Source of the DNA: Camelus ferus
Taxonomy: Eukaryota
Reading direction: 5' to 3'
Assembly (NCBI RefSeq): GCF_009834535.1
Contig: NC_045696.1
Span: forward strand, 102,116,001 to 102,180,000
Length of the DNA: 64,000 nt
Of the stretch, positions 24,091 to 35,870 are shown piece by piece. The notes beneath the pieces were generated by a model that searched no databases, was not told where the DNA came from, and worked only from the letters and a program-made list of their open reading frames with translations. The translations under genes and the position numbers were made by a program. The stretch's first letter is position 1; the number at the start of each line of letters is the position of its first letter.

Positions 24091-26239
24091 GATTGGGTGT
24101 TTTAATAAATAGTGTGAGTCAATGGACTATTCCTTTGGAAGAAAAAGTTAAATGCCTAATTCACATCATTTCTAAAAAAGAAACTCTGGAGGAATTACAG
24201 AACTAAATGTTGAGAAAAAACTATGAAAATATTAGAAGCCATTTCTATAATTTTGTAATGTTAATGGTCTTCCTAAATAAGACTCAAAACTTAAAAACAG
24301 TAAAATAAAAAATTAACCAATTTATACACAAATTTTAAAAAGTAAATAACAGCATAAATAGGAGACAAATGACAGACTAGAAGAAAATATTTGTGACTTC
24401 TTTGACAGTCTTAATATTTTAAATACACAAAGAACACCTACAGATCAGTGTGAAAAAATAATACAATAAAAATCTGAATAAAAAATACGAACAAATAATT
24501 TGCAGGTCTCTGTATGTGTGTATATACATGTATGTGTACATATATATATACATATACTGAGGTAAAATGATGTTTATTTACAAATAGGGAAAATATAAAT
24601 TCAAATGAGACATTTTACATCTATACAATTAGCAAAATTTAAAGGATTTTTTCAAGTTCAGTTCAGTATTGGCAAGAATAAAGAGCCTTAGGCGTTCTTA
24701 TACACTATTTGTCAGTATCACCCAACATGTTAAATGTACCCAGTAAAACTACTTCTAGTAATATAACTCAAGAAATATTTCCTTATGCAGACAAAGATAC
24801 CTATACCGTACATCAGTGTAATGACAACAAAAATATAAACAGCCAAAAATGTATATTGATGAAGGAGATTAAGTATATTGTACTACATACAAACTGGAGA
24901 AAACTGCGGAGTCTTTAAAAAGTAGATGACATAGAAAAATCTCTAAGGCGTTTTAAGTTGCAAAATAACATTTCTGAAAAATACGTATTGTATAATAGCA
25001 TTTATACAAAAATTGACATTTGTATATAAGTACACATAAGTGTAAGGAAATGGCTTTCACATTTTATTCTATATTTTTGCATTGCCTTAACCTTTAATAT
25101 AGAGGGTGTATTTCTGTTTTACTTTGGTAGTAAATGCATTTTTAATGGGAATAAAAGTGCCTCACCTAGTAGAGGCTTTAAGTTGTGTTTACTGCTACAT
25201 TCTGAGCACCCCACAACTGGCATAATAGTTGGCAATCTTTTGTTAGTAGATCTCTGTCTAATGAATGAATGACTAAGGTTGTGGTAAGATCCAATGGGAG
25301 GATGGTTATAAAAGACTTACACAAGCACAGGTATTTGTGTGACAGCAAAACCTGATTTTAAATTATAAGAGTAAAACCCTAGAAATATGTGTATCTCTGC
25401 CAGAACAGTTGACTGAAAATTGAAACCTTTGTCCAGTCCATTTAGATCATTTTTAATTTGAAGTTCCAAATTCCTAGCCATATAATAACATTTAAGAGGT
25501 ATAGGATGTATGCATCATGAACTTGACTCAAGAAAATATGTTTACATAAAATCAGGTTTTTTGCCTTTGTATTAATGATAATGCAATTTGAAGTATTTGG
25601 AGACAAAGCAGGTGATGTAAATTTGCGATGGTCTAGGATACAAGACAACAAAAAATGGTGGGGCCAGTGCCTAAGTGGAAGGTGCATGCCCTCCAAAAGT
25701 ACTTTAGGTTCAATTTTAATTTTAAACATTGTGATAGCCAAACATAACTAGAGGTGACCAGTTTGTGACCCTAGGTTTATTTGACATAAACAATGAACCA
25801 TTAGAACTTTCTCATTGCCCTCCCCGTTTCATGCCATCCTCATTTCTACCTTTATTCTTTTGTGCCTGCTGTGTTATCAGCTAGGAGTTCCCTCCCAAGT
25901 CTTCAGTCTCCAAATGGTTATTGTTTTACAAAGTTGAGATCACATCCTACCTCTCCAACAAACACTATCAAGAAAATTCTAGGCATAGATTCCCCTCTCT
26001 GAACCGTAGGGAAAGCTTTATTTGGAACCATAGACTCTCAGAGTGAGAAAGGGCATTCAAGGTAAATCAATCCAGTCTCAGACTAGACTGCCTTCCAACA
26101 TGACCAGCAAGCGGTCACTCCTAGCTGGGACTCTGAAGAGCAGTGAGTGCTTCCTTCCAGTGATCTCCTACCTGATTCCCTGTATCTTCAAGCCATTGGT
26201 CCTGCTCCACCCCATGGTTGTCCTGCAGTAACTAGCAGT

Positions 26240-26545
26240 TTGGTTTTGTTGGGACTCCCCTGTGTTGACTGGCAAAGTGTTTTCTTAGAACAAATCTGAA
26301 TTTATTTAAGATTTAAAAATCAAGCAAATTAACATAAAAATGCAGGTTTCTGGTTACTTTTGAAAAAATCTGTTAGATGTACTAACACTGGGAGAGCATA
26401 GATAACATCTCCGCTGACAACAATTCACTGGCATTAGGAAACAGCTGCCCTCCTCTTTCCCCGAAGTACAACACCTCAGTCATAGTATCGCCCCTACGCT
26501 GAGCCCAGGGATCATTAGCTGTGGGCTATTGAGTTTGCACAGTGA
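26240..26545 (-). mobile_element. MER102-like hAT-Charlie
   Basis: acataaaaatgcaggtttctgg...gaaaaaatc...aacactggg and terminal ttgagtttgca. Confidence 0.65.
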
Positions 26546-26849
26546 CTTTTTACGGGATAGTTAAGAGGAAAGGCATTATTCCTTGTGCTAATGTCTTTAT
26601 CAAAGGAGGAAAAGTGAGAGTAAGGCTGTCCTCCCTCACTCACATTGCCGGCCAGACCTCTGTGGAAATTTGAATTGGCCACCTTAGTATTGAAGAACAG
26701 TACCCTCTCTTTCATGTAAAAGCTGCACTAACATATTAGAAAAAATAAAACTACCAAAAAGAATTAAAGGTTTTCTCCTCTGCAATCCCTATTTCAGTTC
26801 TACACGACGTAGTTCTGATTTCATTCATCATCCCAGTTGCTCTGCTGTG

Positions 26850-27240
26850 AATGAGTTGGCTGCTATGTTTTCAAAAGTGCATTAGAATTTTTGACCCAAA
26901 TGCAGGGATTATTGTTAATCCCTACTAAATTTTGTTTGGATTTATGCAAAGTGCTTGGCCTCTCATCAGAAACTTGTGGAATAATATGGAGAACTTAAAG
27001 TTAGTAATAAGCAAAATTAAGTAATTGGGTATTCATTTAAGTAGCAAAAGTCAATATTTCTAGTAGCTTGGCAGAGAGCTCTATTTGGGGACTTATTCTG
27101 TTTAATATTTTTATCAGTGACTGAGATGGAGGGACAAATCACAGCCTTGTCAAATTTGCAGTTGATATGAATCTAAGAGATATAGCAGATATACTGATAA
27201 GATGCTGAGATTCCAGCAGCAGGCTGGAAAAATAGACTAC
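26850..27240. mobile_element. CR1/L3 RT fragments (minus strand about 26850-26940, plus strand about 27070-27240)
   Basis: ctgtttaatatttttatcagtgac...aaatttgcagttgatatgaat resembles decayed LFNIFINDL...KFADDT. Confidence 0.6.
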
Positions 27241-28394
27241 CACATGTATTTAAGGTTAGTTTGACATAACTAGTCTCTGAATTATTAATTATTATATCAT
27301 AATCATCCTATCAGATTTTATTTTGTTTTCAGCTATTAACTGATGAGTAACACTAGGGAAGAGCATTTCCAGAGAAATATACTTAAAAACCTGTTATATT
27401 CGGAAAATACATTGGAGTATGAATTCATTTTTAATGTATTCAAATAATCAAATTAAAAATTGAGCTGTAAATCAGAATTCTGTTCCTTCTTCTTAGATTT
27501 TCAAGTAATGAACTCAGCTCATGGCCTGAAAACTAATCTCTGATCATTTTCCCCATGAACTGTATTATCATTAATATAGTAGATATTATCTGAAAAATCT
27601 CACAGATAATTGTCAAGACAGAAAGAATTTGCCTTAGCTTCTGTGATAAGAGGAATGGCTCTGTGCTCTTTTCCATAAGAATCATTCCTCCCCCGCCTCC
27701 AAATAAACTGATTTTCAGAACAAAAAGACAATTCACTGGAGTGTTTGTAGTTATCCTGGCACCTTCCAAATGACTACATTTATAGAATTTATCCTGTTTT
27801 CTGTTCTTTTTTCATATCCAGAGCATCTCTTGATATTCTTAAGGCAGACTAGATCAAACAAGTGGTTGTTTTTTGTTGTTTTCTTTGTGCCTTTTGCCTC
27901 CCTGCCCCCACCGCCTCCCATACTTGAGTTGATTGGTTTAGGGAGTTATTTAAATGGGTCTGAATTTTCTCTAGAGAGTTCATTTTACTTCTCATTGATT
28001 TTGAGGCATTTTATTGATGAGCAACCCAAAGACAATTATTGTAAAGGATAACAAAAGGTTCTCAGCCAATTTCTTTTCTTCTTTTCTTCCCCTGGCCAAG
28101 TTGAGGATAAATGGTTGTTGAATTTAACAAAAATACACATTTTTGTTTTTTTCATTGAGCCTCATATTAACAGCGAAGGGAATAAAAAATCGTATAGTTG
28201 GATTATCTTCCATCCTTTTACTAAATATGATTTCACTGCTGCTGTGCCCTGTCATCCTAGTTGGTTCTAAAGAACTCTTACAGGTCCACCAGAGTAGAGA
28301 ATGCTTCTGTTCTGTTCATCATTGTATTCCCGGTGCCCAGTGCCTGGCTCATAATAGATATTCAATGAATACTTGCTGAAATAAATGGACATCT

Positions 28395-29030
28395 CAGGGC
28401 CTTTGAACATGCTGTTCTTTTTGTCTGGAATTCTTTATCCCTTCCTGCACCTACAACACCCCACCATGCCACCTGCTTTCTTTCCTGGCTGTCTCCTTTT
28501 CATCTATCCAATCTCAGTTTAAATAAACTGTCTAGAGTGAGGTTTGCTTGACTATCCTAGCTAGTGTATCTTTTCTCCTGCCCTCTGCAACACACACAGG
28601 CACACACATTTATTTTCTATATACTGGTAGGGTTTCCAGATATAGCAAATAAAAAAATAGAATTGAATCATTATGCTGTACACCAGAAATTAACACAGCA
28701 TTGTAAATCGACAATACTTCAATTAAATAAATAAATAAATGTAGGGCCTGCAGTTAAATTTGAGTTTCAGATCAATAATGAATACTTTTTTTTAGTATAT
28801 AGAAGTTTAATATAGCAACCTTAAATATGGTGCCCTCATCACAACACTTACCATGATTTACAACTATATGTTCACTTATTTACTCATTTATTGTCTATCA
28901 TCCCCTACTATTTTGCAGACTCCATGGGGGCAGGGACCATGTCTGTTTTCCTTACCAACATATCATTACTACTCAGCACAATTCCTTGCACTAGTAGATG
29001 CGCCATACATATTTGCTGAGTGAGTAGTTT
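28395..29030 (+). mobile_element. L2a-like 3' region with nested insertions
   Basis: ctcagggcctttgaacatgctgttc...gactccatgggggcagggacc...atatttgctgagtgagt. Confidence 0.75.
28629..28822 (+). mobile_element. MER53-like MITE (internally deleted) containing a short L1 3' tail at 28661-28740
   Basis: TIRs agggtttccaga and tatagcaacct; cagttaaatttgagtttcagat. The insert gaatcattatgctgtacaccagaaattaacacagcattgtaaatcgacaatacttcaat+(AAAT)n is an L1 3' terminus. Confidence 0.75.
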
Positions 29031-30039
29031 GGAGATCAGATGAGCTATCTATCAAGCTTAATAAATGATTTTTTTATTAATTGATTGATGAGTTGAGTGG
29101 ACAATTTATTGATTAGTGTTTCCGCCCACCGCTTGATGACTGACTGCAGTCAGTTATATTTGAAGAATATTACCTTTTTCCTTTGATGATGTCACCAAAA
29201 AGGTGACCTCTCTAAGTGCAGGTGATCCAGAGGAAACAGAGAAATGGCCATGGATTTACCCAAAAGAGATTTTAACTAGTAAAACATTGACATTGAAGTT
29301 CCTCTGATGATGGTATTTGTCTGTTTTAATATTTCTAGCAAAAGAAAAATACTTAACTAAGCTACATTTTAATTTATTTAATTTATTTTATTTTTTGCAC
29401 AAGAAGGATTTTGAATGCATTAATCTTGTAGAAAATAAGATTGTTTGACTATGACAGTTCAAAGACATATTTGAACATTTGGGCCTGATTTACATCGTCT
29501 GTAAAATGAATATTGACTAAATGCCTCTTATTTTATGTACTGTAACTCTGATACCACCAAACTATAGTTCAGAAAATAATTTCATAGTTCAGAAAATGAT
29601 TGTTCTAACAGAAATAATCAATTTAAATGACTCAAATAAGCCATATTGTCCATTTTACTAACAATGAGTACTAAGAGTGAGTTGTTATGGTACTCTATTC
29701 TTTTATCCTTCCATCACTCCATCTACATCCATCTGTCCCTTAGGAAAATAACTTCTACCTGCTAGGTTCTCGCATTCTAAACAAAGAAGATTCTGCTCCT
29801 TCTAAAGGGTCACAAACAGCAAGAAAGTAGTATTTCCCTAAGAGTGTGTAGAAGGGATTAGCATATTCTTAGGTAGAGCCCCAGGGTAGAATATAGACTA
29901 CATTGTAAAATTATAAAATACATTAAATAAATAATGGCCTGCCCTCCTGACAGTTCGCAGTTTAACTGGAAGAGTAAATGTTCTTCACTGAACTTGTGTA
30001 TTACCAGATTCCTGCTCATTTTTTTTAAAATGTTAATGT

Positions 30040-30580
30040 CTATTGAGTATTTACTATGTGTTATGTATTGATAAGTAACTTACACATACCATCACATTTC
30101 ATCTTCCCAACAATACTACACAATAGATACTTCTTATCTCCATTTAATAGATGAGAAAACCTAGGCTTAAGCTACTTGCCTACAACTCCTCAGTTAGAAA
30201 GTGGCAGAACTTAGTATTGGAGCCACTGCACAGATATTTGGTACAATTTGAAATGAGATATATAGAATAAATGTTAAAAGAAAGAGGTCCTGTAGGAGAA
30301 GTGCAAATGAACCAAAGGGTCATGTCATGACTCCCAGACACAGGGGCCACTGAGAGGAAGAGGGGTTCCCCCAGTCTTGCTGCTGTTCCATGGCCAAGGC
30401 ACAGCTGTGACAACCCAAAGACAGCCTGGATTGAAGCCCCACCTCTGCCACTTCCTAATGATCCTGGACAAGTTACTCAACCTATCTGACACAAAATATA
30501 GTTGTAACTTTTATGAAAACTTAATGAGATAGACTCTTTGTTAACTGTAAAACACTACACAAATTGTATTTATTATTTGA
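30040..30580. mobile_element. Two MIR SINEs (minus about 30040-30230, plus about 30420-30580)
   Basis: tctccatttaatagatgagaaaacctaggct and ctctgccacttcc...cctggacaagttactcaacct. Confidence 0.7.
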
Positions 30581-32639
30581 CCTCTTCTTTTAGTTTGTCT
30601 GGAACTTGTTGAGATATTGAGAAAGAAAAGGGCATTCTTAGAAGTGCTTCCCCAAATCTCAGTTCTTCCCCAAATCTCTGGCCGTGTGGGTGGCCCTCTG
30701 GAGTCAGCTGCAGGGTAGTGGAGATTAAGGAGGACTAGTTTATCCTCTTACTCAAAGCTATTGTCCTGGTAAAATGAGGATTTGTGTGCCTTTCCTCAGG
30801 ATTGACACAGCACGACACCAGTAGATGAATTTTTATCTGGGGCAATACAAAACATTGTACAAATGCATTACACTAAATAAAAGGTCTATAAAGATTTTAA
30901 TATTTGAATGCTGTGCATGGAAAATGTGTGTGCATTATGTATAAAATGCAAATTTTTGCAAATTTGAAAATCCCATTTTCATCAGACAAGCATAATGGTT
31001 CTGGTTTGCTTCAAGTAAGCTTCCTTTCTAAATATTAGTTACTGTTTGGAAATGTGTTTTCTTTCTGTTTTCGCCATACACAAGCACAATTATTCTGCTC
31101 AGAGCATTTATCACAAGTTCTTTCAAATACAGAGCATTGCCTGAGATTTTGCTTCAGAAACTTTAATCTTTACAGTGACAGCATTTCTTAGGTTTCCTTT
31201 TTAACCTCTTTCTTTCCCTCTTGTCTTTCAGTTACTCCTTGTGGACCTTCTTCAGCATCTCTTTCTAACGTTAGTAAAGTATAGGGCTTAGAAAACTGCC
31301 TCAGCTACGCTTCTGAATGAATTAGATAGAGGTGTGTGGGCTGTCAAGGAAAAATCTTTTCTCCCCTGTAAGATTCATTTCACTGTTATGATGAACTTGA
31401 CTGGAGAAGCTATCACAATTTTCAAAATTCAGGATGTTGTGCTTTGAGTCCCTTTGATGTGATGCTCCATGAAAACTGCCATCTCTTCTCTTCTCAGAGA
31501 TATGGCCTAAACCCTCTGTCTTTTATTCTCCACTTGGTCAAAATCTTTAGAAAATACTATCTGGTACTTGTTTTTTTCTTCAAATAAATAACTGTTTTGA
31601 GATTATCTCTCCATTCACAAGTGAAAGTCGCCTTTCAACTCTGTAAGATGCTACTCCTCACTAGTAGTTGGTGATAGATCCTTATCGGAAAGCTCAAGAG
31701 AGTCTTTCTAACAGACAAGAAGTGACTTGCCTGCTGTGCATCTAAAGAGGCTGAGAAGAATGGTATGTCTCCTGATGTAGTATTAGGTTGGTCCTGAGGC
31801 AGCCCCTCTCTCTCCATCAGAAACCACTCTTGGTTTTGGAGACAGAATTAGGAAAGAGTGGGAAGAGGCACATGGATTGGATACTATCTTTGAGCCCCTG
31901 TGAGGTCTCATATCTGCCTCTATCTACCAGACTTTACAAATCTGGGATGTATATTGGACCCCATGGCTCCTGCTAAAGCACTTGTCCCTTCAACCACCTT
32001 GATGTTCTACCCCTACCTATAATGTAAAGTGATGGCCACTAGTCCCAGATATTGTTCTATAGTGTCTTCTGAAGAGCTTCTTTGTCCCACCTCAACACTT
32101 GTCATCCCCAAGATTCCTGATGCATAAGCTGTCTTGACCCAAGGTCGATCAGTCAGCCATACAAAGCAGGCCCTTACTGACTTTAGGACTCTGTTGAGAA
32201 TCCCCAAGTGGGGATTCAGGAAATGGTCTTCCCCATACCATTCTAGTAAGAGAAGAAGTGGTTAGCTTTTGTCAATCTAATGTCTTCTGCTTGTATCTCA
32301 GTCCCAGCTGTGCTCTTGGTTGCCATGCAAATATTCCTAATATCCATTTCCTCTTTACTTTTCCTCTGACACTAAGTTAAGATATTCCTCAATCCTTTAC
32401 TAGACTTCTGAATTCAAAAGCCCTTTGACTGGTCTCACTGCTTCTGGTCTTTGTCTCTATTAGTCCATTCTTCATGATGCTATCAGAGTCTTGTTCTTTA
32501 AAAGGCCAGTCTCCTCAGGTCAGTGGGCTCTTTCAAACCCTTCAGTGGCTCCTCACCACCTCAGAATCAAGTCCAAGTTCTTCAACAGGGCATTCCTAGC
32601 TCTTCAATGACTCATTACTATCTTTATCTCCAGCTTCTT

Positions 32640-32985
32640 CTGGAATTTGTAAACTTAAATTCCTACAGGGCAGAAGTAGACAGATTAGTGAATGAGGCTG
32701 GAAGCGGAAGGACAATGGGAAAGTGGAGAGCTAATGCCCATCTGCAAGGGGTTGCTCCTACTCAGCTCTGATTCTTGCCATGCAGAAAAGTACGTCCAAA
32801 ACTGGTAGAACTTCTGATTTTTTAAGAGTAGATACAAATCTGGATTTTTTATGTGCAATCTCTTAATTTTTAAAATTTGAAAGTATTTCATATTTTCTTT
32901 TAAACAAACAAAAGAATAATATATAGGCCAAATAAAACATGGCCATCAGATGAAGCCCATAGGCCATCAGTGTGTAATTTGTTCA
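32640..32985 (+). mobile_element. MER102-like hAT-Charlie
   Basis: gtaaacttaaattcctacagggc...cttctgattttttaagag...aaatctggatttttatgtgcaatctc. Confidence 0.75.
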
Positions 32986-33008
32986 CCCTGCTTCCATCTA
33001 CTCTAATC

Positions 33009-33232
33009 CAGGGTTCTGAAGACTTTTTCCTATGGATTGTCAGATGGTAAATATTTTAGGTTTACAAGCCATATGGTCTCTGTGGCAACTTAACTTCATC
33101 ATTGTAGTACAAAAGCAGCCAAAAACACTATGTAAATGGATGAACATGGCTGTGTTCCAATTAAACTTTATTTATAAAAATAGATAGTTGGCTGGATTAG
33201 GCCCATGGGCTGGCTATAGTTTGCTGACTCTT
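33009..33232 (+). mobile_element. MER58A-like hAT-Charlie
   Basis: cagatggtaaatattttagg...aaagcagcca...catggctgtgttccaattaaactttattta...tagtttgctgactcttg. Confidence 0.85.
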
Positions 33233-33719
33233 GCTTTATCAAATTAAGGTATCTGATATTTCTCTACAGACTCCATGTCATGGTAGATTCTGTTCCTTTG
33301 CCTGAAATACCATCTCCTCCTTCATCTGCCTGGCTGGTTCCCAGGCACCCATTAAGACTGAACTCAAGAACACCTGCCTCGGAAACCATGCCAGATTGTT
33401 TTGAAAGTCCAGCTGTGCTGGGTGTCTTCTGGGGTCCCATTTTACCTTGAATATTCTTTCTATCATGCTAGACTTTCTTTGTTGTTTCATTTCTCTGTCT
33501 CTCTGACTAGACCATGATCATCTTTCAGGCAAGCATTTGTAGCTAATTTATCGAGTAAAAAGGATATAATATATAAGTAAAAGTTAAATATTTGATTTAA
33601 CAGTGCCAAACAATGAGATTTCTTTTTTTTTTTTTTAATTCATATTTAGGAGAGGCTTCTTAAGAAGTGTCACTGAGCATCCTTGGGAGAAGAGCCTAGA
33701 GGAGTTGTCAGCCTCCTGA

Positions 33720-34420
33720 GCTAGGAGTTAGGAAAACTGAGGTCTTTGCTCAGCTTTGCCAGTGACCAGCACTTGGCTGAGTCAACTCTGATACCTTCTG
33801 GACATCAATTTTTTATATCTGTAAAGTCAGCCCAACCTGATGATCCATAAATGTCCCTTCCATCTCTAATATGCTTTGGGAACTTTTCTCAACATTTTAA
33901 AGCAGAACAGTGAATATATTTAATGCCATAATCCTGTAATAAGCCCAGAGATTATTGGCAGACATACAGAACTATTTGCCTTTTCACTCAATGTCCTCAT
34001 CTTATTTTTCTGTAAAATAGTTTTCTCCTCCTAAAATTTCAGTTCTAAGTTTTTGTACTTCTAGAAGTCTCTCAACTCTCCAATTTGCCATTTCTAATAT
34101 GTTTTACATTATAAAACTAGGTAATCAACTGCTCTAAACTTCTTAGAATTATGTAGATAGTAAGGATCAGTGGAAGCAGATTATTGTACAGAAAAGAACA
34201 CAAATGTTAGTCAGATAAGAATTCAGTTCCTCTTTCCATAACTCACAATGTGCAGCCTTGGAGAAATTACCTATTCTCTCTGAACACATATTTTCTTCGT
34301 CTATAGGATAGGGATAATTTTACATACCTCACACAGTTTTTGTAATAATAATAATGGTAATTTTTTGCAGCATCTAATGCAAAATAAAAATTAAATAAAT
34401 GATGTTTGCTATACTTATTT
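33720..34420 (+). mobile_element. Two MIR fragments (about 33720-33870 and 34170-34420)
   Basis: MIR-core motifs (atctgtaaa; ccttggagaaattacctattctctctgaac). Confidence 0.55.
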
Positions 34421-35369
34421 TACTATTACTGTTGACTCTGGGTTATCTCCTGTGATAATTTTAATATATGGACTTAAGTTTTCATGACCTATTTTTTTTT
34501 TATTTCAAATGTCTAGGCTCATACACTTGCCTTTTGAAAACCTGAGATTGTCATATAGTCAGTATCTGAGAGAACACCAAGTATCCCGCCTGACATGTAA
34601 GAAGATCCCATAAATGTAGAATCTGAATTGATAGTTCCACCACCCATCATGCGAGTGGAAAGTTTCCAATGTCCTAGCTATGGTTTATATCTTTCTTATA
34701 CTAATAAGACGACCAAAAAAAAAAAAAAAAAAAACCCAAAAAACAAACCAAAAAAACCCTTGAAACATCCTAGATCCCTATTGAATGCCATGTGAGCAAA
34801 GACATGATCCAATTATAGCACATTCAGAGAGCAATTTCTCCTCATTTTATTAGGCAATCAGTAAGATGTACTCTATTGTCTGTTGGAAGATTGTGAATTA
34901 AAGTGCCTGGAATTGGAAGAGAGCTCTGCACAGTCTATTTTTCTCCCAAGCTAGAGGTATCCCTGAATACGCTTTGTGGCTTATTAGAAAAGAGAGGCAG
35001 AAATGATTGAGAGCCAGAAAGACTGATCAAAGAACTAAATATACAGCTTACCAAATGATGCACAGCAAGGGTGAGAGCGGAAAAAAGGGGTCAGAAATTG
35101 ATACAAGCGTACGTCAGATGAGGAAAGGGATTTGTTTTGAGAGCTGATCAGAAGCAGGAACATGAACCTAGGCCTAGGAAACGCTAGTCTTAACCCTCAG
35201 AAATGGTGTACTCACCACATGGCTTGTTGAAGACTCCCCCAAAGGAAACGAAGGAAGGACCCAGACTCATTCAAGCCATTGGTTGCTGCTCCGGAGCAGG
35301 TGGGCAACTGAAAACACAAGCAGAGGTAATTCTCAGAGCCCACTGGAGTGGAATTATACAGTTTGAAGA

Positions 35370-35870
35370 GGGGAGAGATATACTACTGCATAGGAAAACT
35401 CATTATTAAAACTGCTAATTCTCCCCAAATTAATTTTAAAATATAACGCAATTCCCAAATTTAATATGACCACTTTTTTAAAAAATGGATAAAATTATTT
35501 AAATTTCGTATAGGAGAATAAATGAGTTACAATAATGTCTAAAGTAATCCTGAAAAAGAAAGCATAATGGAATGATATAATTATAATTATTGCAATATGG
35601 TACCAGTACAGGAATAGACAGGTCAAATGAGCAAAATAGAATACCCAGAAATAAACAGATGTGTGTCTGTGGAGATGCATGCACATATGTTATATGTTTA
35701 AGGTAACATTACAATTCAGTAAAAAATGAGAAAGAAGATGAAGTTGGGCCATTTAACTGGCTAATTATAAAAAGGCGAAAGAAAAATATTATAACTCTAC
35801 CACCATATCTTACATGAAAATAAATTCCAGATGATGTATAAAAAAAAGGTACGTAAACTCATCAGAAATA
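35370..35870 (+). mobile_element. Old L1 ORF2 fragment
   Basis: atggtaccagtacaggaatagacagg...cccagaaataaac...aaaataaattccagatg. Confidence 0.65.

Larger units (their letters stand above)
20330..25150 (+). mobile_element. Old L1 (L1ME-like) ORF2 and 3' end, split by younger insertions
   Basis: gatatggttatctacttaaaaatac joined to ccaggagactc resembles DMIVYLENPRDS. attctaaagttcatgtgg (ILKFIW-like) near 22110. Resumes near 24100 with ttttaataaatagtg (FNKW-like). Confidence 0.65.

Noticed and set aside
29564..30680. Short tandem duplications (atagttcagaaaat twice at 29564/29584; cttccccaaatctc twice near 30650)
   Set aside because: Ordinary slippage-type micro-duplications, expected at this frequency.
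34714..34760. Orphan A-rich tail as a processed pseudogene end
   Set aside because: No recognisable upstream retrocopy body or TSD.
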